This document shows positions 1-12,600 of a stretch of DNA of 64,000 bases, in pieces; position 1 is the stretch's first letter, and every line of letters begins with the position of its first letter. The translations under genes were made by a program, and so were the position numbers. The notes below the pieces were generated by a model that was not told the DNA's origin, made no database searches, and saw nothing but the letters and a program-made list of their open reading frames with translations. The DNA is taken from contig JBHGNT010000013.1 of assembly GCA_043228905.1 (NCBI GenBank), positions 2,728,001 through 2,792,000 of the forward strand, in the 5' to 3' direction. The DNA is from Azolla caroliniana (taxonomy: Eukaryota; Plantae; Polypodiophyta).

Positions 1-579
1 AGTAATGAGACAGAAATTGGCTACATATGTCGAAGCTGGCTGATCACCTTGATGTAGTGTACAAATCTTGTTGATAGTTGTTCTCAGCCCATCAGTATCT
101 CCGAAACAAGCCTTAAATTCTTTGATAAATTCCTCAAAATTATTCAGTAAAGGAGAATATGTCTCTAGCAATGGGGCAAACCACGACAACGATATGCCAG
201 TCAATAAGGTGCCCACTAACCCGACTCGTGATGCATCTATCGGATAATGTGTGGGATACATTTGAATCACCAATCGTACTTGATTCAAGAAACCTCGGAA
301 ATGCGCCCTTGAACCATAAAATTTAGTTGGGAGGCTGATTTTGGGCTCCTTGATAAGTCCTTGACCTTTGACCCTTTGTTGTTGTAACACTACGATTGTC
401 GCATCTAACTGTTGAACCCGTCGCATGAACTCCTCTTGTTGTTGTTGCTTCTCTATAGTAACCTTTTGTAGATCCCCAAATAGACGTTGATTCTCTACTT
501 CAAGAGATGCGAACTTGGATTTAAGATTCTCCATTTCTACAACAAGGGTGAGATATTCTTCTGAGTTAATGGTGGCCAT
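1..579 (-). pseudogene. Retrotransposon gag (decayed) of element A
   Basis: Translation aligns with the 50496-51419 gag (…FRGFLNQVRLVIQMYP…YPIDASRVGLVGTLLTG…) and contains stop codons. Confidence 0.8.
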
Positions 580-642
580 GGTTTCGTGATGGTTACAAAG
601 GAGGATGAGAGAGAGAGGGGGGGGGGGGGATTCGAATCAAAA

Positions 643-1071
643 TGTCAGAACCAAGAATAAAAGATAGAGTGATGGAAGAAGGATATAAGGGAACACGAGA
701 AGAAAGGAACGAAATGCTAAGAGAAGAATGGGTGTATTAAGACAGAGAAAGAAAGAGAATGGATACAAGATATGTAATGAGAGCTAAAGACTGGTGTTGA
801 TTCGAATTGATTTGAGAATACATGTATGCTCTTATTTATAGGTTCCTATAGAATAGCTTAGAGATTTCTATAATGTTCTAGAATGTTCTAGGACATTCTA
901 GAACATTCTAGAATGATCTAGAGTTTTTACAATAATCAATCTAATACAAAAAGTAGCTTTTATCTTCTCATATGACACTAAGCTATCTTAATGGTTGAGG
1001 TTTTCAATTGTGGATTACAAGGTTCGAGGTTCAAGTCTGGGTGACGCCATAATGGTCATGTGTTCATGACA
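643..1071 (-). repeat. 5' LTR of element A (429 bp)
   Basis: TG...CA termini with TGTCA/TGACA inverted ends. TATA box (TATAAATA) starts at 840 on the minus strand. A non-tRNA PBS lies at 640-630. Confidence 0.85.
851..923. promoter_or_regulatory. Heat-shock element array in LTR A
   Basis: Alternating TTC/GAA triplets at a 5-bp period (TTCtaGAAtgTTCtaGGAcaTTCtaGAAcaTTCtaGAA) immediately upstream of the TATA box. Confidence 0.7.
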
Positions 1072-1784
1072 TTTGGTCTAAGGAAGCGGGCACAGCTTTT
1101 GACGGTCTCAAGAAACCATTTACATCGGCGCCTGTTTTAGCTCATGTTGATCCGCAAAAACCATTTATCATGGAGGTAGACACGTCAGATTTCGCCCTAG
1201 GTAGTATTTTATCACAACAAGGCGACGATGAGAAGCTACATCCCTTGACATTTCACTCACGCAAATTTGACGCCGCCGAAATCAACTAGGAGATACATTA
1301 CAAGGAGCTATTAGCAATAGTGGACTCTTTTGCACAATGGAGGCATTTTTTAGAAGGATCTCCTCATCAAGTCATTGTATTCAGTGATCACAAGAATCTT
1401 GCCTACTTTCAGAATGCTCGCGTGTTAAATAAACAACAAGCTCGGTGGGCCCAATTCCTCACACATTTTGATTTTAAGATTACTTATCATCTAAGCAAGC
1501 AACAGGGGAAGGCGGATGCATTATCACGACGCTCGTATCTAGCTCCTCATCCTGGTGATCCGGGCTTCGACAATCAAAAGCAAGTAATCCTGGGACCGAT
1601 ACAACTTCAAGCAACGTGGGTCTTTGACACTCCATTGGATTCCTGCATTATTGATACCATACGTGAATATTTGAAGACGGATGTTTTTGCTCAAGCTATT
1701 CTAGATCAAATTGATTCTTCTCGGGCATCTTGTTCACGATCACAACAACCAAATATAGATTATCATTAATTTGAATGTCATAAT

Positions 1785-2244
1785 TGTTACATAACGTTGG
1801 TGAGGGTAGGTCACTAATATTTACATTAGTGAAGGGTATGTTCACTAATGTTAAAAAGGGGACTAATGATTGGATAGAAGGAATGATAGGTGCATGCACT
1901 ATCATGATTTGGACAACCAATGAATGGAGAGCCTTTTAGAAAGGCACATCTATTCAAGGGGCCTAGCAAAAGGTATAAATATGAGGCTTAGCTACCCTCA
2001 TAATCACATTACGTCGGAAGGTTGTTGTCTTAGACACCAGTGGTGTGGGCTAGGCTTTTGTCTCAACGACCGTATTTATCGCTTCCAAGGTATTGGTCAT
2101 CCTAATATCCGGCGGTATGGGACGTTGGTGGTAGGTTGGTTATGTCTAGATCATAGCTCGGGGGTGGTCGGGTGGAACGGTAGGTTGGTTATTTTCCTTC
2201 TTTTACTTTAGTTTGGTCTATTGATTAGTAATAGACTCTTAACA
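1785..2244 (+). mobile_element. Solo LTR (460 bp) inserted in pol of element B
   Basis: TGTTA...TAACA termini with a perfect ATAAT target-site duplication (1780-1784 and 2245-2249). Its 3' half matches the LTR at ~18089-18350, which has a tRNA-Met PBS. Confidence 0.9.
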
Positions 2245-3499
2245 ATAATGGATTACTCTTCTTTAAGAAACTTTTGTATGTTCCCTATGGTTCGTGTTGC
2301 CTTCGAATAGTACAAAATTTTCATGACACATATACATCCAGAGATTTTGATAGTACGAAAACATTGGATTTAGTAAAACGATCATTTTGGTGGCCCCGTA
2401 TACGAAGATTTGTCGAAGACTATGTTCAGACATGTGATACATGTTGTAGAGCGAAGATGTCAAGACACCATCCATACGGTTTGTTGGAGCCATTACCGAT
2501 CCCAAGCAAACCATGGCAATCTATTTCTCTCGATTTGGGTTTCAATGCAATCTTAACAGTGGTAGATAGATTTACTAAGATGGCACATTTCGTGTCATGT
2601 ACTAAAGAAATTACTAGTGAAGAAACCGTTGGAATTATTATGCGTGAAGTATTTTGGCATCATGATCTTCCCAATGGTATCATCAATGATCATGGACCGC
2701 AATTCGTCTCTAAAATTTGGAAGCATCTCTTTAAAATGCTCAAGGTCACTTGCAACCTCTCCTCCAGCTATCATCCCCAAACAGATGGACAACCTGAACG
2801 TACCAATCAAACATTAGAATAGTATCTTCGGTGTTTCCTAAGCTATCAACAGGATGATTGGGCGAATATTCTACATTTTGCTAAATTTGCTTTAATAATT
2901 CTACCCACTCCTCTACTAGGGTTTCACCATTCTACGCTTATATCAGCTATGATCCTCATTGGTGTATGTTAGAAACTCCTGAGTTACCCACAAACCCTAG
3001 TGTAGAGGATCATTTTGGAGCGGTTACGACGAATTCAGGTAGAACCATCTACCCACCTACATCACGCCCAGCAAACACAAAAGGACTTTGCAGATCGTCA
3101 TCGGCTTCCATCCCCTTTTAATCTTGGAGATCGAGTATGGCTATTACGACAACACATCAAGACTACTCGACCATGTGAAAAACTGGATTAGTTCTCTCCT
3201 AGAACCCTATCAAGACAACACTATCCTAGATCGTATTACACCACCTCCACCCCCGATCGAACTTGAAGATGGACCTGCGTTCGAGGTTGTTGCCATCCTT
3301 GACTCCAAGATTGTTCACAACAAGCTCTATTATTTGGTCGATTGGTTCGGATATAGTCCAAGCGAGCGTACTTGGGAACCAGTGACGAATTTGGTGAATG
3401 CTCGAGCTCTTCTTGAAGACTTCCATCGTCAATATCCAAATAAACCACGTCCTCAATCAAAGACGACTCGTAACACTCGTTGTTTAAAGGGGGGGATAG

Positions 3500-3802
3500 T
3501 GTCATGATATAGCATGGTATGGCATTAAAAGGATTCGAACCCATGACCTAGTGTCACATGGGTTGAAACCCTACCATTAAGCCCTACATTGTAATACAAA
3601 AAAAATTGTTTTCATTTATTATTTCACTATAGAAAATTGATGTATATTCCAGATTTCTCTAGAACATTCTAAAAACTTTAGGAGCACGCCTGATAGTACT
3701 ATATAAAGAGGCACAAGGCATTATTTCGAACCAATTTGGTTCAATGCTAGTCTTAAGCCTCCTAGCTATTCTTGTATTTACTCTTCATATAATATATCAC
3801 AT

Positions 3803-3867
<65 letters not shown>

Positions 3868-4093
3868 ATACAATGCCCTGCCTTTGATCATATTCGACCA
3901 TGCTTTCCACATCTCTTCGATCAAGCCCAATCCTTGCACGAATTTCAATCACAACCACGATATGCACTCTCGATTGCAACATTCATTGGTAAAGTTCTTG
4001 AACATCGAGAGTCGCTACTCACCTTCACACGTATCACATGAAATGTAATATTTTTGGTCTCATAGGTCATATTTGACCTCCGAAGACGATAAT

Positions 4094-4186
<93 letters not shown>

Positions 4187-4284
4187 CTCGCTCTTACACA
4201 CTCCCTTCCTCTTAGTACTAATCATCATAGTACTTTCCTTCTCTAGTACTAATTCTCTCTCTGTTTTTAGTACTATTCTTGACA
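3500..4284 (+). repeat. 3' LTR of element B, expanded by two (CT)n microsatellites and a ~230-bp insert
   Basis: Starts TGTCATGATAT and ends AGTACTATTCTTGACA. Colinear with the element C LTRs. (CT)n at ~3808-3865 and ~4099-4182. Confidence 0.8.
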
Positions 4285-5675
4285 TCTACTAAGTTCTTGT
4301 GTCACATTAGCTTCCGATTGAGACAAGGCACTTTTATCCTTTCTTCTCATCTCTTTGTTTAGAATGCTTGTCTTTACTACTTGTAAAGATAGGTTATCTT
4401 CTTTACATGAGGTACTAAGTGTCACTATTAGGTTTTCCCAACTGTCCGGTAGAGTACATAGTAGTAGTGTGGCCTGCATAGCATCATCTAATGGGAACTT
4501 TGTTGATGCTAACTGGTTTACCAAACCCATGAAAGTATTGATGTGCTCTACGATGCTCTCCCCATCTACGTACTTTAGTCTCACTATTTTTCTCATTAGG
4601 GAAGTTTTATTTAAGACATTTTTCCTTTCATAGAGGGCTAAGAGTTTTTGCCATAACTCATAGGCATTTGTATCACTTGCTGTTACATGTTGTAGAACAT
4701 TAATGTCTACACATTGTCTTATGGTTGCAACTACCTTTCTATTTAGATTTTTCCACTCAAATTCTATTACCCCTCTAGGTATGTCTTCCTTTTCTATGGG
4801 CTCATACAGATCTTTGACTATCAAAAGATCTTCCATTTTGATCTTCTAGTCTGAGTAGTTTTGTGAGTTTAGGACAATCATCCCCGGAAAGCCACTCACA
4901 TTCCCTTCCATCTAGAACCTATGCTCTAATACCAGATTTATGTATTTTGTACTCATACATAACAGAACAGAGATACTGAGACACAAACAAACGAGACAAG
5001 CAACACACAATTTTACGTGAAAAACCCTGATTCCATGGAAAAACCACGGTGAACAAAGATTTCCACTATGAGACAAGAAAGAATACAATCATAGAATGAT
5101 AGAACCTGATTTGGTATGGATGTACTCCCACGTTGTTATCTGAAACCACAGTTTCAGCTGAGTGCACCAAACCCTAACTTGTAGGTATCTATCTCCTTCG
5201 AAGCTTTCAAAGCTTCTTTGTTCTATTTCTCTTTCATCTCTGTTACACTCTTCTTTCTTTGCTACCTCTGACACTCAGTTGCAGAGTTATGTCACTCACT
5301 CTCTCACACAACCACCATTGTGTTCGGTCTCTGTAGCTTTTTCCCTTTCAACGCGTTCTCTCTCTCGCGATCTCATACACAGAGTTCACTCTCGCACGCG
5401 CTTACTCGCTAGGGTTCACTTTCACGTCTCTCTCATTGTTATACACTCAATGAGTTATCCCACATTCATGTGAAGCTAATACGACTCTCTCAATATATAC
5501 TAGCTTATCTCACACACACACACACACACATATGACTATACATATATATGTATATATTTGTCTAAATCCCATATCGACTTTTCGGCCGATTTCGGCTAGC
5601 CGACTCTTGTTTCTGCTTTTTGACCGATTTTGGCCAGCCGACTCTCATTTCGGCTTTTCAGTTGAATCCCCCACA
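4285..5675 (-). mobile_element. Ty1/copia remnant: 5' LTR, tRNA-Met PBS and gag, interrupted by element B
   Basis: gag ORF 4273-4836 (KMEDLLIVKDL…LLLCTLPDSWE). PBS TGGTATTAGAGC at ~4934-4923. The LTR probably begins TGTGGGGGATTC at 5675, but its inner boundary is uncertain. Confidence 0.75.
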
Positions 5676-6059
5676 AGGAGGGATAATCATACATAACACA
5701 TGATGAGTCTTCCGAGAAGAAACTCTATTTTATTTCTCTCTCTAGATAGCCATGGCTTTGGGAGTATATTTTTTTGTTTGTCTCTCTCTGTGTTTGTCCT
5801 TTTTCTTCGTCTTCTTTCTACTGCTCCATCTTTGTTTTCCCTCCCATCTTCTCTTCTGAATGAAGGACGTCGCTCGGTTGGTTTAGCTCTATCATCAGCC
5901 AATCAAAGGTTTGGTCGGCTGTCGAACCATCTGTCCATCGGTCATCTGTCATCGCCGACCGGTTGTCCGGCCATTTGGCTACCAAACCATCTAGCTCTGT
6001 CTACCTCTCATGTTGAATAGCAACAATACGTTTCAAGATAAGGTTCTCACGAACAAAAA

Positions 6060-6616
6060 CCAATGCTTGTAGCCTTCTTATCAAGACCATAAGCAATAGT
6101 TGCAGCAGTAGGTTCATCGTTACTACGCATAACATTCAGGCTTCGAAATTACACTCGCATCTTTTGTGGCTTGACGCTAAGAATCATTGAAATACGCACA
6201 TACTATCACAACAACATTTTTCCCAGTATTTCCACTTTCTCCTTCATCTTAGTTAAAACCATGGATGAGATCTTGTCAGCTGCAAACTCCTTTGTCTCCG
6301 CCTTATGCTGAACTGAGATCATAGGCTTCTCAACAAGACTTGCAAACACCTTAAATGGCCATAGCGTGATATCGCTTTGCATAGATGGATCAGAGAACCT
6401 TCATCCAATAAGTCTTTTATCATCGAAGACCGTGTTGCTAGTATTCATGGCAGCATCCACGCTAAGAAACTCACTATCAGTGAACGCAACATAAGAGGGA
6501 GTGGTGTGATTGCCTTGATCATTTGCAATGATCTCAACTCAGTCATGTTGCCACACGCCAACACAAGAATACATAGTTCCAAGATCAATGCCGATCACAT
6601 GTCCTTCTTTAGCCAT
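6060..6616 (-). pseudogene. HSP70: Cytosolic HSP70/HSC70 pseudogene fragment (N-terminal ATPase domain, intronless)
   Basis: Minus strand reads [48 protein letters not shown]…[27 protein letters not shown]…AYFNDS*RQATKDA…[17 protein letters not shown], with stops and small deletions. Confidence 0.93.
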
Positions 6617-6687
6617 AGCAAAGAAACTCCAAAGGAGGAGGATCAAAGAGAGAGAGAGAGAATGAGAGAGAGGATGAATAGATCTAA

Positions 6688-7170
6688 TATGATCATAGCT
6701 AATTAGCTACAAGCACTTTTAGTCAATTCTAGATAGTTATGCTTGCTAAACTACATAATTGTTTGGCAATATCTAACTAGCTACTGACCACAACTGGTTA
6801 GCTACATCAGAATATGATCATAGCTAATTAGCTACAACCATTATTTGTCAGTTCTAGATAGCTATGTCTCCTATTTAAGTACATACCCGTTTGACAATAG
6901 CTAACAAGCTACTTGCCAAAGCTAATTAGCTACTGTTCACAACTGATTAGCTACATCATAATATATGATCATAGCTAATTAGCCACAACCGCTTTTAGTC
7001 AATTCTAGATAGCTATGTCTACTACTTAATTACATAACCGTTTGACAATAGCTAACTAGCTACTTGCCAAAGTTAATTAGCTACATTAGAATATGATCAT
7101 AGCTAGTTAGCTACAACCAGCCTTAGTCAGTTCTAGATGACTATGTCTACTACTTAACTACATAACCGTT
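6688..7170. repeat. Tandem minisatellite, ~4 units of ~124-151 bp, rich in TAGCTA/AGCT
   Basis: Unit start ATATGATCATAGCTAATTAGCTAC recurs at ~6688, 6812, 6963 and 7091. Confidence 0.85.
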
Positions 7171-7239
7171 TTGTTGGGAAAAGTGGTCCCTCTGGATGGA
7201 GAGATAATTTGAATCGGTCAACAACAACTCGGCCAAGGC

Positions 7240-8040
7240 CGTATCTTCCTTGTTTCATCAACTATGAACAAGATGATTAGGTTGATTTTCTGCACTTGGC
7301 TGAATTCGCTTATAACAACTCCGTCCATTCTTCTACAGGATATTCTCCATTTTTCGCAAATACGGGTTTTCATCCTCGTTGGATGATGACTGAACACCCC
7401 ATAGTTCCTATCAACCCTATTGCTGATCGTCGGATCGTCTTAGTTGCCTCCAAGAAATTCACGCTACCATTCTCCACAATTTGCGTGATGCTCAAAATAC
7501 ATACAAGAGTATTGTGGATCGTCATCGCTTAGACTCCTCCAAAAAGTTTCATGTCGGGGATCGTGTATGGCTTCTACAACACCACATCAAGACCACCAGG
7601 ACTTGCGGTAAATTAGATTACCAACGCTTTGGCTCGTACGTGAGCACTGGTAAGATAAGTGATGTTACATTTCGCCTTGGCCTCCCTCCTCACATGCATC
7701 TTCACCCAATGTTTCATCTCTCCCTTTTGGAACCTTACACCACAAGTTCAATTCCAGGTCATCTTCTCCCCCACCACCTGTTGCATTTTTGGAAGAACCA
7801 GAATTTGAGGTTGATGCCATTCTCGATTCCAAGATCTAGCGCAACAAGTTGTATTACTTGGTCGATTGGGTAGGCTATACACCCAATGATCGAACTTGGG
7901 AACCTGCAGCAAATCTTGCCAATGTCGCGGACATGGTCACCGAATTTCATCGCCAATATCCTGGTAAGCCAAGTCCTAGCACAAACCATGCAACCCGTGA
8001 TACAGGTCGAAGAAGAAGGGGCATAGTGTCATGATGCCAC
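7240..8040 (+). mobile_element. Chromovirus fragment (integrase C-terminus, chromodomain, PPT, LTR start)
   Basis: [20 protein letters not shown] and YYLVDWVGYTPNDRTWEP motifs. PPT GAAGAAGGGGCATAG, then TGTCATGA at 8027, truncated. A short copia-LTR-like start precedes it at ~7172. Confidence 0.85.
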
Positions 8041-9615
8041 TCACATAGTGTCTTGACAGTTTGTAGCCAAGAAATCAGTAGTTAGTCGGTGCAGTCAAAT
8101 CGCCCCCTTCATTGCCTCCGACGTTGTTATGTACTCGGCCTCTATGGTCGACAGGGTCATGCACTCTTGCTGATTCGACCTCCATGATATAGCACCGCCA
8201 CCATAGGTAAAAATGAATCCTGATGTCGGCCAATTGCCGAGTATATAGACATGGGTTGGGGTCGGACCGGTTGTAGCCGAGTTTTCAGATGTAGGAGTTG
8301 AACTTCTAGTACCACATCCTCGGCACTTGTTTTAAGCCATAAAGGCTTTTCTTCAATCGACATATGAGGTGACCTTCCTCCTCCATCGCCATGAAGCCTG
8401 CCGGTTGGGACATGTAAATGTCCTCTTCCAGGTCTCTATGTAGGAAAACCATCTTGACGTCCAGTTGCTCAAGCTCTAGGTCTTCGATTGCCACGACCCT
8501 GAGTAGGAGCCGAAGGGTGGTCATCTTGACTACGGGTGAGAATATCTCGTCGTAGTCGACCCCATGTTCTTGTTTGAATCCCTTCACAACAATCTGAGCT
8601 TTGTATTTGGGCTTTTTTCAGTCGAATACATATTTGTATCGGAAGACCCAATTGCAGGGCAGCGGCTTTCTTCCAACCGGTAGCTCGACCAGCTCCCATG
8701 TTTGATTCTGTCGAATCAAGTCCATCTCAGAGTGCATGGCTTGTAGCCATGTATCGGCATCCAGTGCGGCTATAGATTCTTCTTAATATGTGCTTGGTTC
8801 ACCTGCATCGGTGTAGTTGATGTAGTCGAGGCCCGGTTGATATAACTATGTTGGCCTTCGAACTCGTATGGATGTCCTGGGTGCTGATTGTGTTGGTTCG
8901 ATTTCTTCAGTCGGCTTGGTCGGCCAATCAGTATTACTTTACCTGTCTTTAAGAGTCCTTCAGGATGATGTGCCCCTTTGATAGGATTTCAGCATCGTAG
9001 AATAACCCTCCCGTGTTCGGGATTGATTGACATGGAGGTAGGGGACTTAGTCGACTCAGGTTTGTTTGTCGTTTTGGCCTTGGGTGTTTTGGTTGGGTCG
9101 ACTCTATTGATGCCGACTCGCACTTTTTCGACTTTCCCTTTTTCGACGCTTGTCGTTTCGGCTTTGTCTCTGATGGCTTTGTCTTCGAGTTCGACTAGTG
9201 AACCTCCTACCAATTCAGAGTCAGCGGGTGTACTGTCAACTTGGTCAAGTTCGACTGTTTGTCGAATCTCCAATTCAGCCCAGTGAGTCGGTCTTTCTAC
9301 GACTTCTCTGTAGATTTCGAAAGAGACCTTTTAGCCCACTCTGTTCTGCAGGTTCCGCTCAGAGAGGATAGAGTCTTCATTGACGAATACGTCACCGTTT
9401 CAGATCAATTTCCGATTCTCAGGAACCCATAGCCGATAGCCAAAATCCCCATCGGTTCCATAACCGAGAAATATGCATTTCATTGCATGGGGTGCAAACT
9501 TGGTCCTTTTCTCCCTGGGGATGATTGTGTAGGCTTCGCATCTGAATATACAGAGCCTATCATAGGTCGGTTGTTTGCCTGACCATAGTGCATGTGGCAC
9601 TTCGAGCCTGATGGC

Positions 9616-12600
9616 TATTAGGAAACAGGTCCCTCCAGATGGGAAGTGAGAAGAACAATGTTGATGAGCAAATTGGATGTGGAGTACCCAACAACGGAAG
9701 ACTCAGTGAGAACCGGAGGTGGAGTACCCGGCAAGGAGGCCCGGTGAGAACCGGATGACGACTGCACGGCAAGAGCCGGATGGTGAAGGCCCGGTGAGAA
9801 CCGGATGACGAGTGCCCGGCAAGAGCCAGATGATGCAAGCCCGGTGAGGAGTGCTCACCGGATGAAGGGACATATTCGTAAATATGTTTCTGAGAGTCCA
9901 TTGGGCCTATATTTGTAAATAACCGAAAAGTCATATTAGTATAAATATGACTTAGAGCAAACTTAGTAGATAGTTGTATTCATTCTTGTTGGTGCAAGAT
10001 TTTGAGTGCAACCGTGTACACACAGAGAGAGTGAGAGACGAAGAGGACGTTGTCTCTGTTGTAACTGCCGCCTGTGGTGAAGATAGTGAGCAAGAGGTCG
10101 TTGCCTCTGTGTTCATCTACTGTACATTGTAACATAGTGATAGTTTGCAGTCTATGGACTGCCGTGGTTTTTCCCGTGTTTGGGTTTTCCACGTAAACGT
10201 CATGTGTACTCTTCTCTTTACTATGTCGTGCATACATTATCCGTTTTTCTGTGTTTGATCCTAGACTCGGTTGTGGCCGAGCGTTGTCGAAGGAGTGTGT
10301 AGTCCTCTCAAACTGGTATCAGAGCGAAATGACACAAGGAAAAAAAATGGACGATTCGTTGGGAGGCACGTTCAAGCTCACCGGCTCCAACTATTCGGTG
10401 TGGAAGTCGAAGATGAGGGACATGCTCGTGGTTAAAGATCTTTGGTTGTCGGTTCAGTTCAGGGACAAGAGACAGGACAAAATTGACGCCACGATATGGG
10501 AGGTGATGCACATGAAGACAACAGCGTACATGTGGTGCTTCATCGACATGAGTCTATACAACAACTTCAATGAAGAGAGCAAGGCTCATGAGCTCTGGGA
10601 GAAGATCGGCATTATGTTTCAGAACAAAAATGTTGTTAATCAGGTTTCGGTATTTCGGAAGCTAGTAAGACTCTGGTACCAAGATGGCTCTAGCATGGCA
10701 GAGCACGTGAATGCCTTCCAGGGGCTGATCCACCAAGCAACATCATTGGAAGTACCTCTCGCCGATGAGGTACTATCACTACTCCTACTCGGTTCCCTCC
10801 CAGATAGCTGGGAGACATTGGTTGTCACTTTGGGCAACGCCGGGCCGGAAGGGAAACGGTTATCCCTGGCAAGAGTGAAGTCGAGCTTGCTAGATGAGGA
10901 GGTGCGTCGGAAAGACAAGGATACGAACTCCGACTCCAAAGTGCTCATTAGCGAATCGGAACGCGGAAGACAAAGGAACCGTAGTCCCCAAAACCGGGAG
11001 AAGTCGAGGACACGGTCAAAGTCAAGGGGGAGGCCTACCTGCTTCTATTGCGGCAAGCCGGGACACTTCCAGAAGAACTATCGACGCTTCCAAAAAGACA
11101 AGGAAACCGATGGTACCGATTCGAAGCGGACACCGGACCGGAACGGTAAAGACCAGAGGGGGACGGACCGGAAGGGAACGACGGCAATCGCGGCAAGTGA
11201 AGAAGAGTTGATGCTCATCACCGAGGAGAGTGAGCTAAACCTTGTTGGCGACAAGATGACCTGGGTGGTCGATTCCGGAGTGTCGTTCCACCTTACCCCG
11301 TACCGGAAATGCTTCTCATCCTACTCAGCCGGTGATCACGGCTGTGTCCGGATGGGGAATGAAGGTACATGCCGAATTATCGGCATAGGAGACGTGTGGT
11401 TGACAACACCAACCGGATGCAAGCTGCTGCTGAAGGATGTCTGACACGTTCCAGAGGTTCGTCTGAACCTGATATCAGTCGGTCGGCTAGATGATGAAGG
11501 CTACACAGGTAGCATCCGGAACGGTGTTATGAAGTTCAGCAAAGGGAGCCTGATTGTGGCTCGGGCCCGGAAGGAAAACACGTTATACCTGATGAATGCC
11601 CGGTTATGCTCGGTTATGCCCGGAAGAAGTGAACATGGCTTCCGACACTGCCGGTGAGCTGTGGCACAAGAGGTTGTGTCACATGAGCAAGAAGGGGATG
11701 AAGAGGCTTGCAGATGACAACCTCATTCCAGTGAAGAATGTGCACTTGGAGAAGTGCATTGATTGTCTGGCCGGTAAACAAAACCGAACCTCCTTCCGAT
11801 CGAGGCCACCGATAAGACGTAATGCACCACTGGAGTTGGTGCATACTGATGTATGTCAAGTGGACACGAAGTCACTTGTCGGATCGCAGTACTTCGTGAC
11901 GTTCATAGATGACCACAGCCGGAAGCTATGGGCCACACCGTTGAAGACGAAGGATCAGGTGTTATCCGTCTTCAAAGAGCTCCACGCAAGAGTGGAAAGA
12001 GAAACCGGTCAGAAGCTAAAGGCGGTTCGAGCAGATAACAAAGGTGAATACCGGGGGCAGTTCGAGGAGTACTGTCGCTCGAAGGGAATCCGGCTCGAAT
12101 TTGATGTGCCGAAGACGCCAGAACTAAACGGACTGGCCGAGAGGATGAACCGGACCATAATGGAGAGGGTCCGGAGTATGCTAGCGCATGCAAAATTACC
12201 CAAGACGTTTTGGGATGAGGCGTTGTTGACAGCGACGTATCGGATAAACAGATCACCCTCAGTGCCCTTGGATGGAGACACGCCGCAGAAGGTGTGGACC
12301 GGTAAGGAAGTGTCCTACCAGCATCTGAAGGTGTTCGGGTGTCTCGTGTACGTGCATGTTGCTAAGGACCAGAGAGGAAAGTTGGATCCAAAGACCCGTC
12401 CATGCATATTCCTCGGATACGGCAATAATGAGTTCGGCTACCGAGTGTGGGATCCGGTTGACAAGAAGGCTTTCCGGAGTCGAGATATTATCTTCATGGA
12501 GGACAAGACTCTTGCCGACTGGGAGTCGGAGAAGAAGATAATGAACTCCGATGAGATTCGGACACACCCGGCTAAGAGCCGTTTGACACTCGAGGAACCA

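Larger units (their letters stand above)
1..1071 (-). mobile_element. Ty3/gypsy chromovirus-type element A: 5' LTR plus start of gag, running off the left edge; inserted into pol of element B
   Basis: LTR 643-1071 with termini TGTCATGA...TCTGACA on the minus strand. gag ATG at 579 (MATINSEEY...) is homologous to gag of element C (MATVSSEEY...). Element B RT/RNase H coding resumes abruptly at 1072. Confidence 0.85.
1072..4284 (+). mobile_element. Ty3/gypsy chromovirus element B, 3' half (RT connection, RNase H, integrase, chromodomain, PPT, 3' LTR), decayed
   Basis: ORFs 1320-1769 (RNase H, DHKNL…ADALSR), 2274-2822 (integrase, HHCC and SYHPQTDGQ) and 3088-3507 (chromodomain, YYLVDWFGYSPSERTWEP). 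PPT AAAGGGGGGGATAG at 3486-3499. LTR 3500-4284. Confidence 0.9.

Noticed and set aside
981-1049. Calling the LTR tRNA-like strings true tRNA genes
   Set aside because: Acceptor and anticodon stems do not pair. Only the A/B boxes and spacing are retained, so they are reported as tRNA-derived modules.
3797-4285. ORFs with (RE)n runs
   Set aside because: They are translations of (CT)n microsatellites.
6377-6706. 109-aa plus-strand ORF
   Set aside because: It is the antisense shadow frame of the HSP70 pseudogene.
9660-9870. Regularly spaced CCGGATG/CCGGTGAG repeats (also 13825-14020, 60095-60235, 63840-63975) resembling a CRISPR array
   Set aside because: These are degenerate tandem repeats inside copia LTR U3 regions, with no unique spacers or cas genes, in a eukaryotic context.
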